NCBI GenBank assembly: GCA_025594325.1
Contig: JANHCV010000004.1
Coordinates: forward strand, 2,294,001 to 2,358,000
DNA: 64,000 bases
Direction: 5' to 3'
DNA from: Blastocladiella emersonii ATCC 22665
Taxonomy: Eukaryota > Fungi > Blastocladiomycota
The position numbers and the translations under genes are program-made. This document shows, piece after piece, positions 21,791 through 33,793 of this stretch (its first letter is position 1; each line of letters begins with the position of its first letter). The notes below the pieces were generated by a model. It was not told the origin of the DNA, made no database searches, and saw nothing but the letters and a program-made list of their open reading frames with translations.

Positions 21791-23973
21791 ATGATGAATC
21801 GCGTCGACACGAGCGTCGGCCAGCGGCCCGTGCGCATCCAGGTCGGGTGCTCGTTTCCCGGTACGCTTGACCGCCACCTCGGAGCACGGAGAGCCCACCG
21901 CTGATCGGCAATCCACGTCTAGACTGCGTCGCGTGCTCCATCGCCGATGCCGCGCACGAGCCGCTCAGCGAGCGGGCCGGCTTCCTCGCCAAGCGGCTGT
22001 TCGCGCTCGTGCACCAGAAGCGCGACCCGGCCTTCCTCGAGCTGTGCCTGCACCAGGTCCGCGGCCTCGCCAAGTCCATCATGCTGTCGCCGTCGTCCAT
22101 GGCGTCGAGCATCACGTCGCCGGCGCACATGCTGCCGAGCGAGGACGGCGCCGACTCGCTGCACCCGAGCACCGACATCCTGAACCTGCGCGACCCTTCG
22201 CGCGACCCGCGCTCGCCCGGGGTTCCCGCGACGCCCGTCACGCCGCTGGGCGAGAAGGCGCCCGAGACGCCGCTCGCCATCCAGGCCGCGGGGCTACCTG
22301 CACCCGAGGGCATCCTGTCGCCGTCGACGCGCGAAAAGCAACGCGAGGTCGACTTCTTCATCGACGCCGGTATCGGCGAGTTCCTCGTTTCCGTCCTCGC
22401 CAAGCACGCGCCGGCGCCCGTCATCACCGAGACGGCGCTCAACGCGCTGCGTGACCTCGTCCTGAGCAACACGCGCGACGAGATTGGCGCGCGCTGGCTG
22501 CTCGACTCGCCCACACCACCCGCTGCTGCTGCTCAGCTCGCCGATGGCGCGTCAGCGGCGGCAAGCAACTACCAGAGCTTCTTCGAGATGTTCCCCGCCC
22601 TGCTGCGCGCGCCGTCGACGGTCGTGTCATCGGCGCTCGACCTGCTCATCGCCACCATCGGCACCACGTCGGCCGCGCACACGCTCGACGAGGACCAGAT
22701 CGGCGACCTGGTCGTTGGCGCGCTGTGGGTGTACAACGAGTCGACGCCCGAGAACGTGCTCGCGTCGCTGGCCGCCGACGAGTACCAGGTCAGCCTGCTT
22801 GGCGTGCAGGTGACGCAGGTGTCCAAGTACGCCCCGCGGTGGGCGCTGATCCTGCAGGACAAGGCTATCCTCGCGCTGTGCACCATCGTCAAGGCGTGCT
22901 TTGACCGCCCGCGCGCCGTCCTCGAGCGCATCGCGTCGCTCGCGCTGTCGCAAATCCTCGACCTCGTCCGCGACATTGAGCGGATCCCCGCCCAGTACCC
23001 CGAGACGGACGTGTTCGCCAACGCGCTCATCTCGCTCGCGATCCTCGCCCCGCACCTCACCGGGGACCAGGTGGCCGAGACCAGCGGCGTCCTGATCAAG
23101 ACCGTCGACGTGCTCCTCGCCGAGTCGCCCGACCGCGTCATCGACGCGTTCGGCGACCTCGACGCGTACCTCCCGCGCCAGCTGCTCCCGGCCCCGGCGC
23201 GCATCCAGGAGACGCTCGAGAAGTGCATGTCGCTGCGCAGCCAGTGCCAGTGTCTCGCCGTGCACACGCTCGCGGGCCTCACGGACCGCGCCACCAGCGG
23301 CAAGCGGCCCAAGGCCATCTTCGACACGCTGTACAAGGTGACGGACGCCGCGCTGCCCGCCGACCTGCTGAAATCGGACTCCGATGCGCCCGCGAGCAAG
23401 CCGGCGGCGCGCGGCACGGCGAGCTCGGTCGCCGCCGGGTCGCGTTACTTCGAGAAGACCAAGGAGCTCCGCGCGCGCTCGCTCCTGTCGGCGTCGTGCA
23501 CCAAGACGCTGCGGCGCGGGCGGGCCCTCGTGACGGTGCTCGTGGCGGTCCCGGCGCTCGACTCGGCCATGCTCGCGTGCCTCAACTCGGACGCGATCCC
23601 GCGCGCATTCCCGCGGCACGCGCTCAAGTACCGGCTCGACGAGACGCGCGCGCTCGCCAAGGCTGCGTTCGGCGCCTGCGCTATGGCCGACGCCGCCGCC
23701 TACTTTGGCGCCGCCGTCCGGTACGCCGGCGGGTGTGGCCATGAGACGTGCGGGCTCGCGTCGTCGCTGGCCGAATGTCTCCTCGCCCTCGGCAAGCCGA
23801 GCGAGGCTATCGTCGCGGCCACGCAGGCGCTCACCCACTGCAGCAAGGAGCACGCGCACTACGCGGCGACGCAGAGCCGCGTGACCCGTGCCCGCAAGGC
23901 GCTCGAGAAGTTGGGGTCAGCGCTGTCGACGGACGCGCCCGAGGCTCCCGCGGAGGCGCCCGTTAGCTCGTGA
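21791..23973 (+). CDS. Hypothetical helical-repeat protein with C-terminal TPR-like motifs (2 exons)
   Basis: ORF 22009-23973 extended upstream through an intron (GTACGC...TCTAG) to MMNRVDTS. The C-terminal segment LAECLLALGKPSEAIVAATQAL...RVTRARKAL is TPR-like. Confidence 0.7.
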
Positions 23974-24472
23974 ATGAAGCGCGAACTCGTAGTTTTTTTG
24001 TGAATCGATCGAATGACTCTAAGAACGGAAAGTGGCGAAGGCTTGCGGCTGCCCAGACAAAGAAAGAGGCGCGACGCGTCGCAAGCGCACGTGGCCGGCG
24101 GGAGACGCGTCGCGCGGCCGTGTCTCCTCGGCGCGGCCGCCGCCACAGTGTGCCCCGCCGGCCGTCTCCAGCGATAGACGGTGCCTGATCACGAGAGGCT
24201 GTTTGACGCGTCCCGTCCAGGGCCGCGAACGCGGAAGCTCGCGTCTGGCGGAGCGCGCGCGCGGCAGCAACTCGCAAGCTGCATGTTAAGCCTTGACCGC
24301 TATCTTTGGCATGTAACGCGCGAGCGCAACTTGGAGGAGACGCTCTGAAATCGGTGGCCGCCAACCACTGCGCCGACTCTCCCGTCCACGTTGCACGCGG
24401 TCGCTCTCCCGCCTCCCCGCGCGCGTTCCGCCACAGCCGACGCCCTCCTCCACGCGGAGCTGCGCCACGGCC

Positions 24473-27400
24473 ATGGCCCAGCCACGCAATGCTATCGACC
24501 ACGGCAGCCTCGGCCGCCAGCGCAACAACTCGCTCGGGAAACACCCGTCGCCCATCCACCTGGGCGCGTCCGACGGCGAGGTCACCAAGCTCGGCGCCGC
24601 CGGCACCGGCCCGTCCGGCACCATCACGTCCGTGTCGACGGGCTCGAACAGCAGCGGCGTCGACGCGGGCGCGTCGTCGACCTCGCCCGTCGCCGATAGC
24701 CGGCGGTCCATCGAGTCCAACCGGTCGTCGCTCGGCCGCCAGGACCCGACTAGCGCGCACTCGACCATGACCTCTAGCTCGACGGGGTCCCCGAGTAGCG
24801 GCGGCTACAGCGCCGTCGGCACCTCGACGTCTAATCCGCGACCTCACTACGGCGGGTCGCGGCACCGGTCCGTGTCGACGCTCCCGATCGGCGGCGCTGC
24901 GGGCGCCGGCAGCACGCCGCGGTCCGACGCCGCCATCTCGTCGCAGCAGTCCATCTCGCTCGTCGGCGCGCCGAAGCGCCTTAGTCTGCCGATGCAGGCG
25001 GGCGCCGGCGCCGCCGGCCCACCGCTCGGGCAGGGCTCGCTCACCGGCCTCGCCGAGGCGCAGGCCCACATTCCGGTCCGCTCGTCGCCGCTCGCGTCCA
25101 ACGCGATCCTGACGCGCAGCTCGACGGCGCAGGAGTCCTCGCCACCCGAGACGACTGCCGCGTCCGACGACCCCACCGCGCCCGGACTTCCAGCCAGCCA
25201 GACGGCGCAGACGGCGCAGAGCGAGCAGCCACCACGACCGTGGCCGCTCAATCTCGTCATGGACCTGTTCGGCAATGTGCTCGCGCTGTGGCGGTCGACG
25301 CGGCTCGGCCGCGGCATCGTTGACTACTGGACCGTTCACGCCCTGTACCTCGGCGCCCTCGCGCTCGCCGGGTCCATCATCATCTACGTGATCGAGATCC
25401 CCAACGCCAACTCGCCGCTGCGGAACTTTATGAACTGTCTCTTCCTCGCCGCATCTTCGGTACGCGCTGGATCGCGCGGCTGTGGCCCGCGGCGATGGCT
25501 GACTCCCGCGTTCGCTTGTGTAGGTCACGGTGACGGGTCTCACGACCTTCGACTTTGCCCAGTCGAGCACGGGCTCGGTCGTCGTTTGTTACGTGCTCAT
25601 GACGCTCGGCTCGACGATCGTGCTCTCGATTCCGCCCGTGATGCTGCGGCGGTATCTGTACCGCCAGCAGAACGTGGACCCAATGCACGTCTCGCAGGCG
25701 CTCACCAGCGCCGCGACACATGCGCCGGATCGCTCGACGTTCCTGCGCAGCCGCCGCATGTCCGAGACGGCGTCGCGCGTCTTCTCGTCGCTCAACGTGT
25801 CGCGGATCATCGGCAGCGCCGCGTCGCTGCACCAGGACGTGGACGGCGATATCAAGAGCAAGACCGAGTACGGTGCGTGGCCACTGTGGTGCTCGGCCCG
25901 GTTCATGCTTACCCCTCGACTGGCGAACGTGTAGACGCGGCGGGCATGCTGCTCAAGCTGTATTTCATCCTCATCTTCGGCGCGCAGCTGATCGGGTTCC
26001 TGCTGCTCGGCTGCTTTGCGCGGTGGGACCCAGCTACTGCGAGTATCTTAGAGCAGCAGAAGCTCAACCCGTGGGCGTGGGCGCTATTCCACACGTCGTC
26101 GTGCTTCTACAACGTCGGGCTCTCGCTCCTGCCGGGCAGCCTGAGCGTGTTCGCCGAGCGCCAGTTCATCCTGATCATCAGCTGCGTGCTCCTCGCCGTC
26201 GGCAACTCCATGTTCCCCGTGCTCCTGCGCTACATCATCATCGCGCTGTACAAGTACGGCCACCTCAACTCCAAGACCCGCAAGGCGCTCCGGTTCCTCA
26301 TCCGCAACCCGCGCCGCGCGTCCATCCACCTGTTCCAGAGCAAGGAGACGTGGTTCCTGGTCTTGGTACGCACCGCCGCTCGCGCAGTTTCTCGGCATTC
26401 CTCGCTGACCGACCGGCGAGTAGACGTGGACCGCGGTGATTACGCTGCAGGTCATCTGCTCGCTCATCTTCGACTACCGGTCCAAACCTTTCGAGCTTCT
26501 CCCGCCGCTGAAGCGCATCGGCATCTTCGTGTTCCAGTCCGTGTCGAATCGGACCGGCGGCTTCTACATCTACAGCATGGAGAACTACTCGACGGGTACG
26601 CTCCGGTCGATTACGCGTACCATCACCGCGGCTACCGATCTCACTCGCCCGCCACCGATCGTAGTGACCCTGCTCGTCTTTCTCGGGTTCATGTTTGCCG
26701 ACAGGTACGCTTTCACTGATCGGCTCTATACCATCGCGTCGAGCGAGACTGACCGCGAGAGCGACGTAGCTATCCGCTTCTCGCCGTCATCGGCCAGAGT
26801 GGGTCCACGGGCCAGGTCGAGCAGGTCGTCAAGGAGGTTGCGCAGAACGAGCGCGCCGCGTCGCTCCTGGGCAGCGCCGCCGTCGGCGGCGGCTCGACGT
26901 ACGGTCTCCCCGGGCGCGGCGTCATGTCCACGAGTGAAGCTGCGCTTCCCAACTTCGAGCAGGACGCAGCGGTCTTCATCTCGCACGCGCACCGGTCCCG
27001 CACCGACTCGGAGCGATCCGCGCGAACCATTGCCCGTCTCGCCGCCGTCAACGCGGGCAGCGGCATCCTCAGCCCCGCACGGCCTCCGATGGCCGCGTCT
27101 CCCGAGCGCATCGCCCTATACAACCGGATCCGCGCCGACTCGGCGCGCGGCAACGGCAGTGGCGGAGCCACGTACGCGCCGCCTGCATCCCGGGCGGGCA
27201 GCACGCAGAACGTGTCGACCATGGGCTCGACGCAGCTGTTCAGCAGTCCACCCGCGCAGCAGCAACAACAGCAACATGCGCCCGTGGGGATCTCAACCGC
27301 GGTCGCGAACCCCGCACTTCGGATACCCGGTGGCGGCAACTACCGGATCGGGTCCATTGGCCGGTCCACGGCGTCGATGCGCATGAGCGGGATGCTGATG

Positions 27401-29531
27401 CAGCCCGACGAGCCCATGGGGTCGGTCCAGCACCTCGCCGCTTCCGACACGCCGCCCAACTGGATGCACGGCGCCGCGACGCCCGCGAGCGCTATGGGCG
27501 CGTCGAACCAGGCGCTTACCCCGTACGCCGCCGCGGCTGCCGTGGCCGCGGCCACGGGCAGCCCGGTCCTTCCGCCGCGTGAGGGGCTGACCAACTGGAT
27601 CGTCCACGACATGACGTGCATCTACTGCTCGCTGGTCGTCGTGCTCATGTGCGAGGTCTCGGGCGCCTTCTCGGCCGTTGAGGCGACCACAGACGTGTTC
27701 GTCACGCTTTTCGAGTGCGTCTCGGCGTACAGCACCGTCGGCCTGACCGTTGGGTACGTCGCAGTCTACGATCTCAGATTTGCGCGCCACGATTGCTCAC
27801 CACGCGCGCACTCATAGCTCGCTGAACGACGCGTCCTCGCTCACGTCCACGTTCGAGGACTTCTCCAAGCTCGTGATCGCGGTCCTGATGCTCTTCGGCC
27901 GGACCCGCTCGGTCCCGAGCACCATCGACTACTCGTTCGCGTCGCTCGAGACCAGCGAGGGCATGTCCGCGTCCGACGTGCTGCGCAACAAGAGCTCCGT
28001 CATGAACCACACGCTGCCGCCAAAACCTACGGCGACCTCGGTGCTCGGCAACGACGGCCCAACCAGTCCGGGCGGCGGTGCGGGCGGCGGTAGCGGCGGA
28101 GGAGGAAAACCCAAGTCGCCGTCGTTCCTCAACCTCAGCGGTCTCGTGCCGTTCGGGCTCGGCCACTCGCATCCGCATCCGCCCAAGAACGATTCGCAGG
28201 AGGCGCCGGCGATCACTGTCAGTCCGACCAGCAGTTCCGCCGCGGTCCACGGGCCAACATCCCACAGCCCCGGCCATCTGCACCAGGGATCGCCGAACGT
28301 GGGCGGGTACTCGGGCGGCTCGCTCCAGACCAGCTTCTCTCCGTCGCTGCCGCCCATCACGTCCGCCGTGACCTCGGCCATGACTTTGCCCTCGCGACAG
28401 CAGAGCTCCAACGTGCTCCACACGACGGGCAGCCAGGACAGCCATAAGGGCCTGTCCGTGTCGCACCCGCCATCCGCATCTTCCGCGACCGGTTCTTCGG
28501 TGGTGTCCTCGCTCGTCGCCCCTGTACCACTCGCCGTGCCCTCGCTGACGACTGTGCCCGGCTCGACCGTGCACCTGTCGCCGAGCATGGCCTCGCCCGC
28601 GTCCTCGCACCAGAGCTCGCTCTCGGCGTCGCACTTTCTCGGCTCGAGCGTGTCCATGGTCGTCCCCAACATCTCGGGCGGCCCGTCGTCGCTTGGCCTC
28701 AACACGCCCGTGTACCGGCCGCGGTCCGGGTCGCTGCAGAGCCAGGCGTCAGTGACGACGACGCGGCGGCCCGGGTCCGCGTTCATCTCGACGCTCATCA
28801 CGGCGACGCCCGGCGTCGGCAACTCGATGCTCGGGCTGCAGATTTCGCGCTCGCAGCTGTCGGGGTCGCGCATGCTCGCGGTGCGCCAGGGCTCGCACAT
28901 GCGCGTCAACGCCGGCGGCGGGAGCAACGCGCGGCTCGGGCCCGGCGGCGGCGGCGACGTGTCGGGAAGCCGTCGGTCGAGTCTCAACGTGGGCGGCGGG
29001 GGCGGCGGAGGTGGTGGCGGCGGCGGGCTCGGTCCCGGCAGCATGATGCCGTCGACGTCGACCATGTACGTCAACCAGTCGCCGCCGATCCCGATCCCGA
29101 CCGTCGTCATCCACAACGCCGACACGGACTCGCTGGGCCGCCGGCGGTCCCTGTCGCTGCCCGCGTCGCTGTTCGACATCGAGATCATCGCGTCCGAGGA
29201 CATGGGCGAGTCGTCGGGCGAGTCGCAGAGCAGCGGGACCCAGACACCAACGTCGGGTGGCGGGGCCGGCGCTGGCGCTGGATACCACGGGTTCCATCAC
29301 CTGTACGGCCGGACTGCGACCGTCGACGAGGAAGAAGAGCCGCCGACCGCCGCGTCGAGCGGGATCATGATCCGCGTGCCGAACAGCAGCCAGTCGGACA
29401 CGGTACCAAGGATCGCCGTAGACGCGTCCGACGGGACGCCGCTGCCGTCGTTCACCGTGTCCGAATCAGCGACTATCGGCGCTGGTGCGGGCGGTGGCGG
29501 CGGCGCGTTGCGGCGGCACTCGCACGCTTGA
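24473..29531 (+). CDS. TRK: Trk/Ktr/HKT family potassium transporter, multi-exon, with long disordered termini
   Basis: Four MPM pore motifs recovered across exons: SSVTVTGLTT, CFYNVGLSL, SNRTGGFY, FECVSAYSTVGLTVG, followed by KLVIAVLMLFGRTRSVP. Internal exon boundaries only partly resolved. Confidence 0.9.
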
Positions 29532-29650
29532 GCTCCCTACGCCCACACGCAGTTTTCAATATAGATGCTTGCCTTCAAATCGACGGTGGTCCAGGGATAA
29601 ACACTCCATTTTGACGACGACATCTCGGCTTCATCATACCATCGTGGCTG

Positions 29651-32519
29651 TCAGGTCTTGGTGCCCGCGGCCGCGCCGCCGTCCGCGCCCGGTTGGCCCT
29701 CGCGCCACGTCTTGGTCATGGCGTCGTACAGCAGCGCGTACGTCTTGCGGTTGTGGTCCGTGAGCTGCTTGATCTTCTTGCCGAGGTCCTCGAGTTCCTC
29801 GCGCAGCTCGCCGAGCCCAACGCGCGCGAGCTGGTCGGGCGGCGGCATAGTTCCGCCAGCGTCCAGGTAGCCGACGAGCGTCGACCCGACGCGCCGCTGC
29901 AGGAGGACGAACAGCGGGTGGTCAAACGTGAGCGTCGTGTCGACGAGCCGATGTAGGCTGGCGGTCTCGGCCGCCGTCATGGTGCGGTTGCGCACGGCGC
30001 CCGCGTCCTTGGCGAGCTGTAGCGCCACGTGCTCCATGGTCGTGTCCGGGTGGTTGAGCAGGATCCAGAGTGTCTGTTTGGTCGCAGCAAGTGTCGTGGC
30101 CGACGCGGCGCCCGCGGCGCCGGGCTTGCCGCACGCCTGCTTGAACAGCATCAGCAGCGCGGCCATGATGCTAATGTCCTGGTACTCGTTGTGGTGCGAC
30201 GTGATCCGCGACACGTCCATGCGGAATGTCTCGGGGAGGCCCGGGTGCGACGGGTTGTTGATCAGGTCGTGGTCGGCGATGAGGTCGACGAAGGCTACGT
30301 TCGATCGCGAACGTCAGTCAGCACAGCGGCGGGTGAGCATGAAAGGCAGAACCGGCGTACCCGCGTTGTACACGTTGGCTGGCGGCTTGGCCGAGTACTT
30401 GTTGAGGGCGCCCTCGAACCACCGCTGCGTGTCGTCGACCGTGACGAGCTTGGCGTCGAACCGCTCCTTGAAGTACTTCCACTCGAACTCGGCCGCGTTC
30501 TCGACAATCCACGGCCGGAGCTTCTTGAGGTGGTGGTTGGCGAAATCCTACTCGAACGCGACGGATGCGTGAGTCGCCGAGCAAGACGCGACCAATTGTG
30601 GAGCATCGTACCAGCTTCATGAACTCGAGGACCTCGAAGCACGTCTGGAACCCGGTCGAGAACTCGCCGCGCTTGAACTGCTCCGTCATGGTATCGATGA
30701 GCGGGTCGCGGCACGGCGCGCAGTACTGGTGGAGCTGGTCGGCGAGGAACGCGACGATCGGCTCGACAGCGAGCGTGCGGGTGCGCGACAGCTGCTGCGT
30801 GATGAGCTCGATATCCATGGCGTCGTTGAGAGCCGTGGTGAAGGCGGTGCTGGGCGGGATCAGCTCGCGCACAATCTCCTTAATTTCGAGCAGGAGCAGC
30901 GGCACGCGGAACCATGACCGCTTGCCCGTGCTCGCGTCGCGCAGCTCCTCGTCGATCTCGGCCCAGTACGCCTCGTTCTTGGCCATGCGCTGCACCCCGC
31001 GCTCGCCGTCCACGTTCGGCCGGAACTGCATGTCCGGGTCGAACAGCAGGTCGTGCCGCAGCTGCACGTTGGCCAGGATCTCGGTCACGTCCAGCTCGCG
31101 CAGCGTGTACCGCGTCACGGGCGGGAGGAACGCCTCGAGGTCGGTGCTCGCGGCCGAGGTCGGGAGCGGCGACGCTGCGGTGCCCGCCACCGAGGTGGAA
31201 CTCGCGTCCACGGCGAGCGGCTGGGTCGAGGTAGTCACGGACGGCGAGAGCAGCGGCATCGACGCCGAGCGCGTCATTCCGCCACCCCAGGAGGCACCGG
31301 CGGTGGTGACGAGCCCGCCGGGACCCTGGCGCGTTGGCGTCGAACCATCCGACGAGGTCCGCGACGACGCGGGCGAGGTCGGCGAGACACCCGACGCACT
31401 GGTCTGCGGGACTTGCCACATGGTGCGCGTCGTCGCGACCCGCGGCGACATGGTCGACGAGCTGGTACTCGATCCGCCAGGCGAAGTCGCGGCCGGCCCG
31501 CGGTTGACGAGGTGGCCCGCGTGGGACGGCGAGATGGGTGACGTGGGCGAGACGTACGCGGTTGAGCGGTCCTCGACACTTGCGCGATCCACCGCGACGG
31601 ACTCGGCTGCGGCGCGCTGCTCGTCGACGTCGAGGTAGTCGTCGAGCGAGACGTTGGGCGAGAGCAGGTCGGCGAACGTCATGGAGAAGCTCTTGCGCAT
31701 GCGGACGCACGCCTCGAGGCGCTTCATGATGGCCACGTTCTGCGCACGCTCGACAAGGGCGCCAAAGAACTCGGCGCGCTCGTGCAGGTAGACCTGGCGC
31801 TTGATGGCGGCGGCCGACTGCGCAAAGTCGATCTTGGCTCGTCGCTTCAGCGCCGTGAGCCGCTCGCGGTGGCGCTGCAGCAGTACCTTGCGCTTGATGT
31901 ACTCGCTGCGCGCGCGCAGCTTGAACCGGCGCTCGTGCAGCAGCGACGCCCGGTTCAGCGACGCCTGGATCAGCCGCTGTGACAGCTGGTGGTGCATGGT
32001 ATCGGGCGAGAGAGCTTCGAGTAGCGCGGCCGACGGCGGTGGCGCCGCGTACCCGCCCGTGACGCCGCGCGGCGGAAGGACCAGGGACAGCGGCTTGAGC
32101 GAGACGGGCGACGTGAGGTCGACGAAGAAGGCGATGCCCTTGGGGCACCGCGAGGCGTGCGAGGAGGAGGAGGAAGGGAGCGTGCTGGTGGCGGAACTCG
32201 GGTGCGGGCTCAGCTGCGTCGGGAGGCCGAAGGGGCGCGACGAGGTGGCGATCGAATTGGCGCGACGCTTCACGTCGACCGAGTACGAGGTCGAGCTGCC
32301 GGACACCGCGGCGGCACCATGGCCAGCCCCACCGCTCGGGGTGGCTCCCGACATGCCATTGGAAGTCGCCGATGAATCGAGGGGCAGGATCGAGCTCACG
32401 GGAGGCGACTCGGGCTGCGGCGGGGGCGACGACGGCGCACTGTGGGCCGCCGTGGCTGCTCCGGGTGCGGCCGCTGTGGAGGTCGGGTGCGGTCGCTCGC
32501 GGCCGTGTTCATAGTCCAT
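29651..32519 (-). CDS. SOK1: Tcp11/Sok1 family protein (3 exons)
   Basis: LRELDVTEILANVQLRHDLLFDPDMQFRPN, LHQYCAPCRD, CFEVLEFMKL|DFANHHL, EWKYF and LTDHNRKTYALLY are characteristic of the Tcp11 domain. Confidence 0.9.
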
Positions 32520-33793
32520 GATCGTGAAGGCTCATGCAGAGTGTTGCTTTTCGAGGAGCAGAGGAGAGCCTCCATGGCTCAATCCTCGAATGGACCAGTG
32601 GATAGTGCAGGTCAAGACATTGGGAGACAGTTGCGCCAAGTGTGAGACATGATTCATTGTGGCCGGAGGCGGGTGGTGAGACAAATCGCGCTGCGGCGCC
32701 GAAAACAAATGTCTCACGCGGTCACCTGATTCCCGAACGCGTCGTTTCGCCTCGTGCGTTCGAGCGGGTCGTCACGGCGCTCTGTCCCGAACGAATTGCC
32801 CGCCCAGACGCCATCAGGGAGAGCTCGAGGCTCGACCTCGAGCGACACCAGATCTGTGCGTAGTCGGGGCTGTGGAGTGTCCCGAAGCTGGATATGGGCG
32901 CATCCACCTTGCCGCACCACGTCGTCCGTGCGTTCCGCTCCCCGTCGCACCGCATGACGCGGAAGCACAAACACCTGGCGTAGCGCCAGCTACGTTGCCG
33001 GACGCCAGCTGGCGTAACGTGCGACGCTGGGCCGCGAAGGCGCCGAGCACGCAGCGCATCGGTCGGCTCCGTGGAGATGTCCACTTCGGCGACTCTCGTG
33101 GTCGCGTGCGCACGCGCGGGAGCAGCGCGCGTGCGAATGTCGGCCAAATGGCGGCCGGCCGGCGGCGACGTGCTGATGGGTGGGTGATGTGGTGTGTGAT
33201 CCGGTCGTGGTTCGAGATCAGAAACTGCCTGCTCCAAGCACCCTGATTCGCCACCAGCGCCGACCGCCACGGCGCCGCCGCCCGCCCGCCGCCACTGCGC
33301 CGCCACTTGCGCGCTATCCGAGGAAACCTCCTGGCGCCTGCGCGAGGAGTGCGCACCCAAATTGGAGCTCCGGGTGGGCAACACGTCGCCGCGGCGTGTG
33401 CACGAGTTGTTCCGGGTCGCAATTCACGTTGCCTGGTGTCCACAAGCAACGGTCATCTGAGCCCGTTACGCCAGCTGGCGTCGCTGGCGTCGCCGTCGTG
33501 ATGTGTGAATGTGATCCGCGCGGCGGGCGCTGGCGGGTTCGTGCGCGTACCATACTGCAATATGGCGCCAGGCACCCTCGGCCACCGCGCCTGCGCTCGA
33601 GGCTCAACCAGGCATCAGCCTGCCCAAGGAGCGGAGACGGTGCTCCGAGCTGGCGACGCCCAGGACGAGTACAAAAGGAATGGTGCCCCCTGTTCTCTCC
33701 AGCTGTCCAAGTGTGCAGCGCAAGGCCGACCCGTCCCACCCGACCCTCGTGCTCCTAGACCAACCCGCACGCACCCACCAACGACCGCCGATC

